NCBI GenBank assembly: GCA_036172245.1
Contig: JAYWIR010000078.1
Coordinates: 248,001 to 312,000, forward strand
From: Raillietiella orientalis
Taxonomy: Eukaryota
Length of the DNA: 64,000 nucleotides
Direction: 5' to 3'
A model generated the notes under the pieces. That model made no database searches. It was not told where the DNA came from and was given only the letters and a program-made list of their open reading frames with translations. Each line of letters begins with the position of its first letter. The first letter of the stretch is position 1. Below are positions 12,300-26,300 of the stretch, in pieces. The position numbers and the translations under genes are program-made.

Positions 12300-15200
12300 G
12301 AAGGGAGGGCGTGTCCAGGAGACATAGGATGCAAGCCGTGAGCACGCACGGGCCGCAGCGGAGTGAACCTTCCCGTCTTGGGGCGACTTCAGCAGCGCTC
12401 CCGAGGCGCCGGCGATGGCAGTGGTAATCAGGCGAGGGAATGACAGTAGAAGGGACAGGGCCTTCAGGGAGCTCACCCCCGCGTCCTCGGTCTCGACTGA
12501 AGGGAAGAAAGCCCCTTCCTCTGACGGCTTGCCTCGTCCCTCTCTCAGCTTCGCTTGTCGCGTTGGGAACGCCCGCTGCCCCACTCCGCAGCGCTCTTTG
12601 CTGCTCTCCTTCGCTTAAGGGCGGGGGGCGACGGCAGTCTCTCCCGGTGGCACTCTGTTCCTTCTCTTCCCCCCTTTTCTCCCGTCTCCCGCCTCTTCTT
12701 CCCGAGGCTTACCGGCGGTGCTGCTGCCTCCAAGGAGACCGTGCCTTGCCGAAGATCCGCGGGAAAGGCGCGCCCATACATCCGTATCAGGGACATCCCG
12801 AAGAGGGCAGAGAGCTCCCTCCTTTGCTCATTCACATCATCTCTGCTCAACCCTCCGGGCCCCCCGATTGCTGCGGCCGAGGAAGGGTCTCCACGGAGAC
12901 GGCGCCAGATTTCCCATAGGAGGCGGAAGCTTCCGGGGGTCCCTCAGCAGACCTGCTTCCGTGGAATAGGGGGGTTAGAGACCCTCTAGGGCAGTCCAGG
13001 GATCTCCTCGGCTCTTTCTTGACTCCTCTTCAGGACGGGAGGGACAGCGGCCACGTTGGCTCTTTTCTGCGCTTTGCGCCCCTCTTACTCCTCCTGGGAA
13101 GACAGGACGAGAAGCGTCCTGCGCGTGCTCACACAAAAGCTCTCCCATCCCCTACGGCTGGTAAACGGATCCCTCAACCGTCGTCCTTACTCCTACGGTC
13201 AGCAAGGACCGGGAGCAGGGCCGCTGGCATTACACGGTGAGGGCCTGGCAGCCGGGAGGCTACCTCGCGAATTCCGAGGACCCGCGGGCTCGGTTGGCTG
13301 AGAGTAAGGGATCCGGCAAACGCAGGACCCATCGGGAGAAGGACCTTGTCAGACCCTCAGGAAATGCAGGAAGCCTCTCGGCGTCACCCTTCCCTCAGCT
13401 CCGTCTCCAGAGCGACCACTCGCCCCAGCGCCAGCCCATGCACTCGAGAGCAGTAGGGCGTCTCTGCTTCCCGTCCTCTCAGTGAACGGCCGTCGGTCAT
13501 GAGGGCGGTCGGAAGGCAGGAAGACAAGACGCCTTATTGGGTGGCGCCCGCAGCGCACTCCTTGACCGATGACCTCACCATCCGTGTCCCTCGGGAGTTC
13601 CACTGAGCTCCTGCAAGGCCATCGAAAAGTCCATCCCTGTCTCACAGAAACACATCCCTCCTCTCCCGGCCGGCTCCAGATAGACCCTCCTCGTGGGTCC
13701 CGTCGACGCCTTCGTGGGCTGGGTCTGCCTTAGGGAGGTTCCTGCCTTGCGGGTCTATGCGGGTGCTCCGCCGACCTTTCCGTAGCCTCCCAGGCGCGCC
13801 CGGAGAAGATCCGCGACCGTGCAGCAACACATGTCCACATGCAGGAGGAAGGAGGAGTGGAATCCGGGGTCCGCAAAAGCTTCCCAGGGTATCCCCAACG
13901 TGGAATGGGTCCGAGACCAAAAAGGCAGGAGCGCCTTCATCGTGGCCGGAAGGCTCGAGCGCGGGGTTCCACCAGGCCATCCCGAGCCGGCAGCGCGTCT
14001 TCCGGCTATTCCGAGACGTGGACCCGAGTCAGGGGGAGGGGAGGTTGGCTTCCTTGCCTCTTCCAGTGGCTTAGGGGCCCAGGGATTCATTCCGCAGCGC
14101 CAGGAACAAGTGATGCACCTTCGTAGGCACCCTGCGAGCGTCCATTTCCCGGTGGGCACCCGCCCCTTCCTCCTTAGGTGACCTTCGTCCCTCACGATCG
14201 CCTTCCGCTCCTTCCGCTTCCGCGGATTCCTCGGGGGTCCCTGGTTTGCGTGGGAGGAAGGCTACATCGTGCGTCACTGTTCGGGAGGTTCTCTGATTGC
14301 CCCATTGTGCGTCCCCTGCCCCACAATCAACCGCAGATTGACGGGCGCCCTCCCTCCCCTCGCTAGCTAGCGCGCGAGCGCGTTTTTCTTCTTCTTCCTC
14401 CTCCTCCCCCCCCCTTTCTCCATTGCTCCCGCGCCAGAGTCTCCTTTCCTCTCCTTCTCCTTGGCGCGCGGGGGCGGAAAAGGGGTTGCGAGCCTCCCGG
14501 CGTCTTCCAGGTGCATGCGCCTCTGAGTCCTTCTTCGGTTTGCTTGCGTCACTCCTCACGCCGCAGCCTCCCTGCTACCGCAGCAGCATCCCTGAGCTCG
14601 GAGCGTAATCGATGGCATCCACTCGAACGGGACGTGTCGCAATTACCGGATGCGCAAGCACCGATCCCGCTCCCGGAAAATTAAAAGGGATGGCGAAGCC
14701 CCATTTCCATATTTCACTTCACCGGTAGGCGTCCTGGCTCAGGCGTCCATTCGGAGTAGCCGTCGGGAGTACAGGAGAGGGTCAATAAATGTAAATCAGG
14801 ATGAAAGGGAATTCCGGGGTTTTCCTCCTGGGCGGGAGGAGGGGGAGGAGGAGGAGGAAGATCCAAGAACGGGGGGAACTGACTGGCGGGAAGCGATCGA
14901 GCGGAAGAAATTCGGGAAATCGATAGCGACGTGAGGGATCTCCGGGCGAAAGGCGTCCTGGGGAGTCCCGGAGAGGAAGGGTAGCTCAGGGGGTTTGTTC
15001 GACGGGTGGGGCTCAAAGACTGCCTGAGAGTCACGCCGTCGCGCGAGATGGCTGGGCGGCATCGGCGGTGGCGCTTCCCGTCCGTCGCCACTGCTGGCGC
15101 TGCGTTAGCCCTGGACGGACGGTAAAAAGAAGGTGCGGTCGCGAGGCGTCGTCGTCTTCGGAGGCCGGACAACGACGACCTCCAGCCTTCCGAGGACCCC

Positions 15201-15500
15201 GCACTCTCGGCCACGAAACTGTTCCTCTCTCCCGTCTCGGGATCCCTGCGTGCCTCCGCTCTAGGCGCATCCGCTTCAGGACACACGTACGGGGACTCCC
15301 CCCTCCCCCCTTCTGCACCTCTCTCCATCCTCGCCTCCTTCCAAGACACCCTCCCGAGCTCCGCAGCCTTCTCGCTGACCTTGCCAGGGCGGCACCCTCC
15401 CGTGCTCACGGGGCGACCGTGAACGCGCGAACGAGACGCAGCATCTTCCCGCCGGCTGAAAAAGCATCCGAAGGAGGTTGCTGGGGTCCAAGGGCTCCCT
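12300..15500 (-). mobile_element. cluster of further degenerate L1/Tx1 ORF1-like relics (about three copies)
   Basis: GC-rich block. Peptides DLLRARLGGYGKV / RIDP (~13750), RRPTALECMG (~13450), GSPRTCVLKRMRLERRHAGIP...RCP (~15150-15300) and PMSPGH (~12320). Boundaries approximate. Confidence 0.4.
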
Positions 15501-16299
15501 TGGAGGTACGGAGCCGGTCAGTTCCTCCGCATCCGGTGTTTGCCCGCTAATCGGGCGCGTCCCGGGGCGATTTACGCTGTCCTTAGCATTTCACGCCCCC
15601 TCCCCCCCCATGTTGCGCTCACCGGAGATAAAGCTTGCGCGGTCCGGTGGTAGACCGGCAAGGGAAGATTCTTGGCTCTTTCCTGATACCTTGAACGGTT
15701 TCGTAGAGGGACTTTTCTCGGGAGCACGGCGCGAACGGGGCCATGGGTCTCCATCAGGTGAAAACTCGGCGTTGAGCTGAGCCGATTTCTCTCTCACCCC
15801 CCTTCTTCGGCATGCGAGGGACGCACGTCAGGCGACCGGAGACTGAGGAGATCCAGCGACCGCACACGCTGCGTGGTGGGGTTTCGACCATCCGGAGCGC
15901 TTCAGAGGTGCGGTCGTTTGTCCTGGAAGGGAGCGATTGCATCGTCGTGGGCTTTCAGGGAGCGGGAACCCACGGCTTACTGCACTCCGGTCTCTGCCTT
16001 CGGAGTGGGAGCCGCCGCACTGGATCCACTCCGGCGCTCGGGGTGGCTCCGTGGTTCTAGGTGGGACGGAAGACCAGCATCGACGACGCTTTCTGCTGCC
16101 AGTCGCTGTGCCGGACGGAGGGCAGCCTGGACCGCCGGTCGCGCGCTGCTGGTCCTCGACGGCGGGGAAGCGGAGCCGGAGACCTCGGCTCGGTGGGGGT
16201 GGCAGTGGCGCTTGCAGTCTCTTCGAGGAACGGTGCGGCACGGCGTACGCGACCACTAAATTGCTGGCATTCCGTGAAGGGAGCGAAACCCTATCTCGA

Positions 16300-19000
16300 T
16301 CCCCATCTTGAATTTGCGGGTTTGCGCGCCCCCTGCACACTCCGGACAGCCTTGCTTTCGGCATCTCAAATGCTTCTTTCCCACCTGGCGCCCAGCTTCG
16401 TTTTGGTGCAGCGTTCAAGAGAGCCGTTCCCGGAAGAACCCGAGTGCTTCTTTGACGTGGAATCGAATAAGGATCCTCGTTCCGGTCGCCTTTTATTTCT
16501 AACTTAGCGCGTGGGAATGAATCTCCGAAGGATTGCGAGAGGCTGTTTCCAAGTAATTTCGATCTGTAGTCGTCGAGGAGGCTGCAATTCCTCCTCCTGA
16601 ACGACGTCTGATTCGTGTGCTGCTCGTGGAGATGAGCGAAAGGGTAGCTGCCTCCCAGCAGCTGCCTCCCAGCATCGGCTGAACGCTCCTGAAAATCACT
16701 CCCGGATCCCAAAGTTCGCGTTCTCCAAATCCCCGAAGCCGCTTCGCGTTTCCCGAGCACGGTTTCCTGAGCACACTATGGGCCTACATCACGACCGCTA
16801 ATCGGAAAGATGGCAGCTGAAACCAGCCTGATCTCAGTAGACTGCCTGGATACCTCCAGGTCGTGTTCCCGTGATAAGTCGTGCGATGACACCTCATCTG
16901 ACACCCAATGGTGCTTTTCCTTTGTTTATGAGGATCGTTCCCCGGTGTGAAGAGACAAACAGATGTTCGCAGCAACCACTTTTTTCCACAAGACTCGCAA
17001 TCACGATATTTCATTGATAAAGCAATATTTATGGCTCGTAAACACCCAAGGAAGCATCTCGAATATTTAGAAAATGATGCAATATTAAAAAGAGGCCCTT
17101 CTTTGCCCGGCTCTGTTCGTGAACTGCGGCGAAATGAGTTCGCGAAGACTTGGGGCAGGAGGAAGACGAATGGGCTTTGCCTAGCAGCGAGACATCGGGA
17201 GATCAAATAATCAGTTTTGGTCACCCCTTCAACCAATCTACCAACTGCAGTCGACCATCACGAGCGGAACGAGTACTGACACGCTGACTTTTATGTATTA
17301 TGGGCCCACAATACATAAGAGAATCTAAATGAACTTACTCTTCGTTTACTCTCACAACAATCGTCATCTTCGGATGCTGACTGTGCGCGAGAACAAAAGT
17401 TTCTGCAAGGTATCTTCTTCTCCTCTGCAGACAGCAAAGGAGAATCCTGGATTCCTGAGTTTCGGGAATGGATTTCGATCGATTTATCACTATCGTGAGG
17501 TGGGAAGTTTGGTTTGCTAAGGAGTTACGTTGCCACCGGTGTTGAGAAGGGAATCTGTCGGAGTAGATGGACAGAACAAGAGGTGGCAGGTGTGTGAATC
17601 TGCAACAAGAAGCCTCGTGCGTTCCGACAGATACTGAGCAGCTCAAGATCAAAGAATTGCCACTTTCTAAGCGAGACCTCCGAGCCAAGAGAGAGATCTG
17701 CCTCTTGGTACACAGGTACGGTTCAAGATTGCCCCGACGAGTACGATTCAAGATGCCGCCATATTTGAATCATTCATCTCACGCTCCAGGATAAACGATG
17801 AGGATTCGTATCTTCAGGAGGAGACCGCCAACCAGATACTTTATCCTTGTACCGCGAATTTCTCGTTCCTCACATAGCAGCCCAGAGGCTCTTCGGCAAC
17901 CAGTTCCCAGCGTATCCGAGAACTCTGTCGCCAAGTGGCTTCTTGTTGATGGCACCGGACCGAAATCCCTGTAAGCCTCTTGGAATTGCAGCAGATACTC
18001 ATCTGAGAACTGTTTGCCCAAGAACCTTGGTAGGCAGAATTCCTTCGAGACGAGCAGCACCTCTTTCAGGTGAGGTTCCTCTTCCTTCCGACGTCGTTTC
18101 AGACAGAGGCGGCGGCCTTGCCGGATCCATTCATCTACCGTAAGAAATCAGCTGTTTTCAAGGAAAACAAATCGCTGATCTCGATTGCTGAGCGTCTCGA
18201 GCAGAAAAACCTCACCAGAACCTGAATCAAAGAAAGCGAGTGTGCCACTCAAGGGTGTCCCTGTAAGAGAGCGAAGCATCCAGACAACCACCCCGTGCTC
18301 GTCAGGCGTGTTCATCAGGAGATCTCAGCCTCGGGCTGATAGTTTCGAGACCTCAGCTCGCATTTGATTTATAGTGGGCGGACGGTGAGACACGGTTGCA
18401 TGAAACGTGTGGCATGTTGGAAGCTGGGAGGGGAAGGATGCACGTTTCCTTGAGAATCCCTCATGCCTTGGATTCTGAAAGTCACCTGAAGATCGGAAAT
18501 GAAAAAACAAACATTTGAACGAATCGGAAACTCCTAGCCTTCCGCGATCATTGCAACAAAATGACCACTGGCTCCACACTTGACACCGGTATCGATGTCC
18601 GAGGCTCTCGAACCGATGCCATTTTCTGAGGAGCTCTGGAAAGCCGCTCAGTGAAGATCTGAACTGAGAGAAAGAAACGAGGAATGCCATAGGCTCTCTC
18701 TGGTTTTCGTGATGCTTTCATCGTTTTTTCAAAGGAGGGAAAAAACAATCGCACAGAGAGAACAGACGATGTCTGCATCCAAAAAAAAGATAAAATGCTC
18801 AATCTCGAGCCTCCCGGTGGCGAGGAACAGCCTGTTTGAAAAACTACAGGGAGGCTGTGCCAGACAAGGGGCGACTGCGGTCCGAAAGATCGCAGCCAAA
18901 ATCCGATCTTCCTCTGAAAAGGCGCCTAAGACTGGTGGTGTTGTTCCTTGGCTGGCTGGAGCGAGGAACGACCGCTCGTGAGAATCAGATGGCCGCTCTT
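16300..19000 (-). pseudogene. degraded NACHT-like NTPase (NLR/STAND) locus 1
   Basis: Ordered minus-strand remnants HFIFFLD, LSGFPELL (Walker B LDGFDEL-like, 18628-18651), VVILLQ*SR, HEGFS, DLLMNTP, QFQE and KYLVGGLL. Numerous stops and frameshifts. Confidence 0.3.
17291..17318. repeat. 28-bp near-perfect palindrome
   Basis: TTATGTATTATGGGCCCACAATACATAA; one mismatched pair. Confidence 0.8.
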
Positions 19001-19869
19001 CCTCCTCTTGCATCCCTCATATTTTTTTTCTCCCATTTCCTCGGGCAAGGGGACGTCCCCAGCTCCGCTCGCCCCTGTACGCGAGACAGGCCTTGTGCGA
19101 CGGAGGAGGACGGAAAGTCGATGGGTTTCTCCCGGAAAACCACTGCCCACGAATCCGCTCCTCCATCGAAACATACGTATCTGCGAACTCTCCATGCGCC
19201 GGCCTCCTTCCCGCCTCCCTTCGTAAGCTTTTCGCGGAGATGCAATCTGGTTTTTCGTCTCAGAAATTCCTTCCCATCTTCTTCTTCTTCTCCTCCTCCC
19301 TCCCTCCCTGCCTCCCCCTTCCCTTCCTACATGGATCCACGGGAGAACAAAAATGAATGAATATTTTTGATGCAGAAATACGTAATGATGCACTGCAGCA
19401 GCAACAGAAGCTCGCGCGAGGATGCACAGAACTAATGACGGGAGAAGAGGGTCCATCGATCTTAGAGGCCTGCCAGTGCAGCTGAACTATTGGGTTCTGG
19501 TTCTCTGACGACCGTGCATGTTCTTCCAGGACTCCTGGGCTGAAGCCGCGAGCAGTGCGGCCACTGCACTCCCGATCCGTAGGATGCTTCCCATCGTTCT
19601 CTTTACTAGGGTCACGTGATTAGGCCGGTCCCTCTTTTTGGCTCCCCTTCTCTTGTGCCATCTCTTTTCCTGGCTCGGCCGATATTCCAATGCGCACTGG
19701 TGGCGGTTTCCCCCCACCCCAATCCATCGCGACGAACCGCCGCTCTCAAAGCCGAGAGGCGGCGCCTGTTCAGTTCCCACTCGCACAACAAATGAATTTC
19801 GTTCCCGTACGCCTCTGTGAGTCCCTGTCCCACTCCGTCTATCCACTTTACGATTGTGCACCTCCTGGT

Positions 19870-20370
19870 TTGACACCCGGTTGCGCCGGAGAGTTTATTT
19901 ATAAAAAAAATGAACACTTGCATGTGGCAGGACGTTTGATCCTGCCACTTTACTTGTAACTGCGAGAGGGAACCTGCCAGGAGCTGCCACGCAGGCCAGC
20001 AGGGTTCGCCTCGGCAGCACAGGGTAAGGGGAGACAAACAAAAAGAAAAAAACAAACAAAATAAAAAACATAGAGTCAAAAAATGGGGGGGTTCGGGAAG
20101 GAATCATTGTGTACCGGCGGGTGTCCTCTGCATTCTTGTAAGGATGCCCTCAACTTCCTGCTTCGAAATTCCCAGATGGTGCCATCTTGACGCTATCCTC
20201 GTAAAGAATACATTAAAATAGATGGCATCCCTGTTGTTCTGACCTCCTCTGGCGTTGCTGCTCCATGCAGCCACGATCCCGCGTAGGCAGCACAGTGCTG
20301 CTAGGGATGCGGCCGGAGTGAGGGCGTCGCGCAGGAAGAGGCGCTTCCTGATCCGAACCGCATCGCAACC
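19870..20370 (-). mobile_element. L1/Tx1-clade LINE 3' end, 5'-truncated (copy A)
   Basis: ORF end RKRLFLRDALTPAASLAALCC...EGILTRMQRTPAGTQ* (stop at 20104). 3'UTR has stem-loop GTGGCAGGA-CGTTTGA-TCCTGCCAC (19924-19948) and AATAAA (19894-19899). Clearly homologous to 31749-32290 and 60969-61846. Confidence 0.75.
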
Positions 20371-20849
20371 ACCTTTCTCTTCCGCCAAACCGGACGGGGC
20401 GAGGAGCACGCCGCCGCCTTCCCGGAGGTGAAACGGGAAACCGTTCCCTCCTGTCGTCTCGGCAGACCCTGTTGGCCTATCAGCGGGCTCCACGACGACA
20501 AGGAGGGGGGTGGGAGGAGAGGAAGCGAACTGTGTGGCCGGCGCGCTGCTTGCCCTCGACACCATCACACCCCTGCAAGAGATTCCTCCGAACAGGAGCT
20601 TGCCCGGGTCGATTGGGGCGCAAAGGCAGGACGCCACATTGGCTGAGCGAGGCTCCTAGCAAATCCCCTACTTCTCATGCTGCTTGGCACTTCCCATACC
20701 TGTCCTCCGACTTGCTCCTGAAGGCTCATGCTCATCGAGAACCTTTGTCGGTGCCTCTTTTTTGTGTGCTCGTCTTCATCTTCACCTATTCACTACGCGC
20801 ATCATCTGACGATGAAGCCGAACTTCCTTTCGATGATTTCACCCGGTGT

Positions 20850-23380
20850 GCCTTTCAAGGAAATGTGACGAACCAAGAAAAGGCGTTCGGAAGAATGACT
20901 TTAAAAAAGCAGTGATCCACAAGGGAACCCTTCGTGACCTGGTGAGGGAAATCCCTTTCTCCCTTTACGACCACTTCGGCAGCCCTGCCCTCGAACACTT
21001 CGCTCCCCGACGTTTTGCAAAGCACTTCGTGATGAGCGTCCATTCCGGGAAACACATCCAGGCACTCGCTCGCAGACGGTCCTCCGCCATGAAAACCGGC
21101 TGGATGGAGAGGTCGCGGCCGCAGCTGGCGAGGCCGGCTTCTTCCGGTCCCTGCCGCGATACGACCAGTTTTTGTCCGTGTGCTTTCCCGGCCACGGACC
21201 GTCCAAAGCACATCTTCCTCCAGCGTGCAGCACGCCCCAGCGCAAAAAGGAAAAGTCTCGGAAGGACTCCAAGGGAAACGCACGGGACTCGCTCCGGAGC
21301 GCGTTTCACACACTCTGAAGCTGCTCCCGCTTCCCTCCAGAGATCTGCATCTTTGGATGCTGAAAATCTTCCGATGCGAGTCGGGAAGGCGCAGCGCAGA
21401 GTGAGACCGCATGGGATGCAAAGATGGCTTCCCTGAGAGAACGGTTCCGCGGAGGTCTCTGTGCAGCTGGTGCACTCTTGTCTGGAACTCTTCAAGAATC
21501 AGCTTTTTGGTGCTTCGCTGGAAGAGGGCCTCCTCTTCTGAGAGGGGGGATCACGAGTCAGAGTGAATGGACATCTGGTTCTCGAAAGCTATAATGGCGG
21601 TCAGTGTGACTCAGGCGAAGAGTGATAGGCGTGTCTGCGTTCTTCCTCGATACCTGTGACATGAGGAGTCTGAGCGGAAGGAAATTTTCTCTGGTTGCCG
21701 AGGCCATCCGGTTGAGCGCCGCTGGTGGTTCGATTCGATGTGGCCCGCTTGTCCTCCTCCCATGCAAATGAGCTCTCCTGCTCCGCGAGAAAACGGGATC
21801 CATTCGTCTCTGCCCTAGGATGATCATGGCCGTTGAGAGCGACAGCTGACAGAGAGCGCGCTCATCGTGCAAGTCGGAGGAGCGTGCGTCTTTCTTCCTA
21901 TGCAACCAAGGACTGCTTACTCCCCTCACTCGCCCTGTGGATGCGTCGCTTACGCTCCCTGGTAGTCTTGCAAGGGTTGGGGTCTGGTTGTGGAGTAACT
22001 GGCAGGAGTTCGTTTGGTTTGCAGAGGGCTTATAAAGTGCTATGTGCAGAGAAGCCAGGAGAGCATCCGATGAGATCGCTGCATGGCTTGCATACTCGAA
22101 GAGACAGGAAAAAAGATCTGCATCCCTTGTGCTTCCTTGATCTTTCTTGATTTCCGTGTGTTCACTTCTTGATCCTCACCTTTGCTCTTGGCTTTGAAGC
22201 CATTTGCGGCTAACAATCCGATAAACTCCTGACAAGAGTTTATCGGATACCACTCCAAGAAACCACCCCAAGAAGTGACGGGGTCACATGGAAAACGGCT
22301 GCACCCTGTTCATTTTCTTGTCAAGCACCATTCATTTCCGAAAAGAGTTCTCGTTTGTGAAGGAGAAGAAGGAAATAACAACAGCAACACGTGTCGGAGA
22401 TAAGAGAGTGATCCACTTGGTAATTGAAGTTCAACCACGTTCGCGGACTGCTGACAGCTGTCCACGATTTACGCCCTTCGCCTGGAGAATGCGTTTAGCG
22501 ATACTGTTTGCGTCCATCAGGAGGATGCATTGAAATTGCTGCCGTGAAACCAGCAAGTGCATTCCGAGGACCTACGATTCCTTGTTCTTCAACAGCTGGC
22601 TCAGACTGCAACTCCTCCACCAGGAGTACCAAGTTATCTGGGCTCCATTGGCAGATGCCCCGAAATTCAGTGGTGACGGCCACTGTTCTTGCCAACCGAC
22701 TCCACGTCTTCCGATTTTTTCCCAGGAGGACCGATATTCTTGCATGCCGAAGAACCAAAGATCTACGGAAACTTCATAGCGTTCCTGCTTCTCCCTCGAA
22801 ATCTACCCACAGCACAAACAAACAAAAAAATGAACAGATGAATGAAATCCGTCTTGTCCGGAAGATGAAGTGCTCTGAATGAACGGGAAATACCGCCAGA
22901 AGGGAACATCGATTTGCAGCCCGGTTCGAGGAGCTTCATATCGCTCCGCTTTTAAAGTCCTTGAATGAGTCCTGCGCGCAGGGATGCAAGAAAGCACCGT
23001 CCAAGAGGTCTCCAAGCAACGAACGGGCTGTCACGTGAGACGCCAGGACAAAAAACCTGTTTGGAAGAATATTTTGTCCTCGCTCTCTTCGGATGAGCTT
23101 TCTTCCACCGTCTCATTTCTTCTCGAAGCGACCGGTACGGATTCTCTTGCAGACAATCAGGGATGGGTTCTTGCAGCCGAAGCGCGCAAATACCGAGAAG
23201 AGGGATTCGTTGTGAAGAGCAGGAATCGGTTCCCTGCTTACCACCCTGCCGGCGAAAGGATTTCGATGCTGCAGGCGATCCTTCGGAGAAACCTCATAAC
23301 TTTGGTTCTCTAGTTGCTTGAAAAAGCAATCTCCAAACCACCGCCCAATGATGGTGGTGATGTAGGAGCCCAGCACGAAT
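20850..23380 (-). pseudogene. degraded NACHT-like NTPase (NLR/STAND) locus 2
   Basis: Ordered remnants: EGSPAASKS (Walker A EGxPGxGKS-like, 23258-23284), LLGICALR, KIFFQTGF, LLGDLLDGAFL (~23000), GICQWSPDNLVLL (C..PL.L-like) and EWYPINSCQEF..LAA (H.S.QEFLAA-like, ~22230). Frameshifted. Confidence 0.45.
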
Positions 23381-26300
23381 CATTTGCTTCCGCGGGAACT
23401 GAATTGATCACATCACGAGACGTAATTTGAAAAACCAGAGGTCTGGCACCACTGACGGAGAGCTGCTCCAGCGAATTACCATTTTACCCCTCCTTGCAAA
23501 TATCTTTTTTTTTCAAAGCCAGCTGGCACTCAGAGATAACCCGCGCAAGAGCCACGTGCTGTAAAACATCCCTGTGCTGTATCCCAAAAAGAAAAAATGC
23601 TCTTCTAAACTCGAGGAAGCAGTGCTTGACACGAGCAGACCTTGGAAAGATGAGCTGAATCCCTCAGCACTGGCAGCACAGGCCGTGTTCACCTGTTGAC
23701 AGTGCAGGAGGAATCACGTCACAGTCTCCTGATCTCAACCGAGGAGAAAGTGCTCTATGTACCACACTGACGCTTCCTGCAGGTTCCATGTTCAATCCAA
23801 AACGCCTTTGGGGCTCCTTAAAAAACCCCCTAAGGAACGCTGCAACCGGCTTCACGATAAGGGGGAGCGGTTCGAAAGTCCTACTCCAATAAAATCTCCG
23901 TTTCTACTCAGAAGCTAATTATCACGATTACTACTTTTCAATGGTCCTCGAGGCAGAAGTCTCTCGGATTTCGTACGTGGCCGAAAGTCCAACGTATGGA
24001 TTTTTAAACCAAGAGTGTACAAGAACGAGTACCAACCGATAAAAACCAATGTGCCAACGATGGGAGGTGAAATTCAGAAATCTGTACGGGATAGTAAAGG
24101 AGTTCGGTGATGTCAAGGGAATTTGGAATTTTCGCGCCCACGTTGACTCCAAAAAATAAGAAGAAAGAAATGCATAAGCCGGACCAAGAGGACACGATTG
24201 GTAGAGCTGGTTCGGCCGAAATGAGCAATAAATGTACTTAGGTGGCACACACTTCTTGCATGTAAATTCCCAGCGTCAGTGATGACAGCGTATATTTCAC
24301 AGCATAGTCATACCCTTTGGGCAGCCTCAATGTGTGTGTAAAAAATTTTTTTTTTTTGTCTGGGTTTGTTTCGCTTCATTCGAATTTGGGCATTCGAAAT
24401 TTGTGCTTGAATGCTTGAATATAAAAAATAATTATGATAATTTTTTGAATAGACACAATAATAATAATAATAGCGGAACGGGGGGAGGGGTAGGAGGGTG
24501 ATTCTAACAGTTTGGCAGCTCCCTTACGGTTCCGACTGTAAAAAGGTTACGCGAACCCCCGTTTCAACAAGATCATATAGGTGTCTTATATGGAGCTGTT
24601 ACTCTCGGTATCAGTTACCATGGATACAGATCGGTTGAAATGGGAAATAGAGATGGTAATTGCAAAAAAGGTTCTAGAATTTGGTTATTGAACTGAATTT
24701 CAGTACTGATTTATGCATCTTTTCGTGACCTCTTCCAGTCTTAAGGTAGCCTAAAACGGCAAAAGTCCGGAGACTCTTATCGGGAGACCACGTTATCACC
24801 TTGTGGATTAGTTACTGGGTTTTTCGTTCAGGTGGCTGAAGAATGCAGAGTGGGTCAATCAAAGTTGGTGCGATTTCATTTCGTACCCGCGCTATGAGTG
24901 TACAGTACAACGTTGCACACAAAGTGCTGGGATTTCAATTCATGAGCGCAATACTTTACAGTATTGAAACTAAAACCTCGCCTCACGCTATGGAATCCTT
25001 TTCTACATCCCTATCATCCACGCGTCTTCTACACAGAGCTTCTGGACGAACGACGTTCAGATTCTGTTTCCTCGAGAGATGTTGCAGCGTCCCTACTGCG
25101 TCCACTGCGAACAGGGATGTTTTGGGAACTCTGGAGCTCACCGGTTTCCGCACTTCTCAGTGTCCATGCCATTGGGTTCAGTAGATTCTTCCAGGTTCCC
25201 CGAATTACCCCCCGTTCCTGTCTTTGATTTTAGAAAAACCCCAATGCTTTAAATCGTCCTGTTTTCGTATTTCGCCGTTTCATGCTTTCTGAATCCATGC
25301 GCTTGGCGCCATCTATGATTGCATCCCTGAACACGTTTTGATTACAAGCCTCTGTGATCAGAAAAGGCAACTATTCACTTTCAGTAGCCTCAGCAAGCAA
25401 TACTTCCAAGAAACTTCGATCTTTCAATGATTATGAGTGAGTGACTTCGAGACTTCAATTATCCAAATGTGACCCAAGGAATCATCGTTAAAATGAACTC
25501 GTTTTTTTCACGCTTCAACCGAAATGAGAGTTTTGGGACAAATATGTAATGGAAGCTGTTGGAACGTGATGAAAATGATGTTCAAATCATTGTCTCATAA
25601 TTCTTGGTGGATGTCGGACCCACTGCGTAGCTAAACCCACAAAGTAACAGCCGATAGATTAGAAGGATTGCTCATGCATGAAGCTTTGATGATGAATGTT
25701 CTTTTCAAAGATACATATGAGGTGACTGGAAAGGCTTCACAGGAATCGTAAATGAACTTTACAATTTATGCCCTCACACCTGTAACACCAGATAGTAGCC
25801 TCAGCTCTACAAACTTTCTTATTATATCAATCGTAAATAGCGTTAACGAAAGAAAAGATTCTGATCCAAAAAAGCAGATGCCCCGGATCATCAGAAAAGC
25901 AGGAAGTTGGATAATTTCTCTTTATATAATTGAATAGGCGTAGCAATGGCTAAACAGCACTTTCAACCACCTTGCTATCTATAATGGTTGATTTTTGTAT
26001 GTTTACTGCCGAAGCAACCACACATACCACTATGATACAGCACTATAATGTACAAAACCTTCCTATCGTGCATGCTGACTTCACATTCGTTTATTTGGAA
26101 ATGGAACTTCCCCAAAACGGATGGTGAGAAAAATTCGATAGGGCCTCGTAATGCCTGAGATTAGAAAAAAAATTCCACTCTTCAACTGCCCTCTCAATGC
26201 TCACTCTCAATGCAAGCATCAGTGGTTTACTCGGAATATGTGAGGAAGAACACTCGCAGTTTCCCTACATCTCCACACTTCCTGTCAGAGGAGACACTGC

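Noticed and set aside
10885..12327. Long ORFs of 337 and 382 aa on opposite strands
   Set aside because: They arise from GC-rich and CT-rich low-complexity sequence lacking stops; no domain or splice support.
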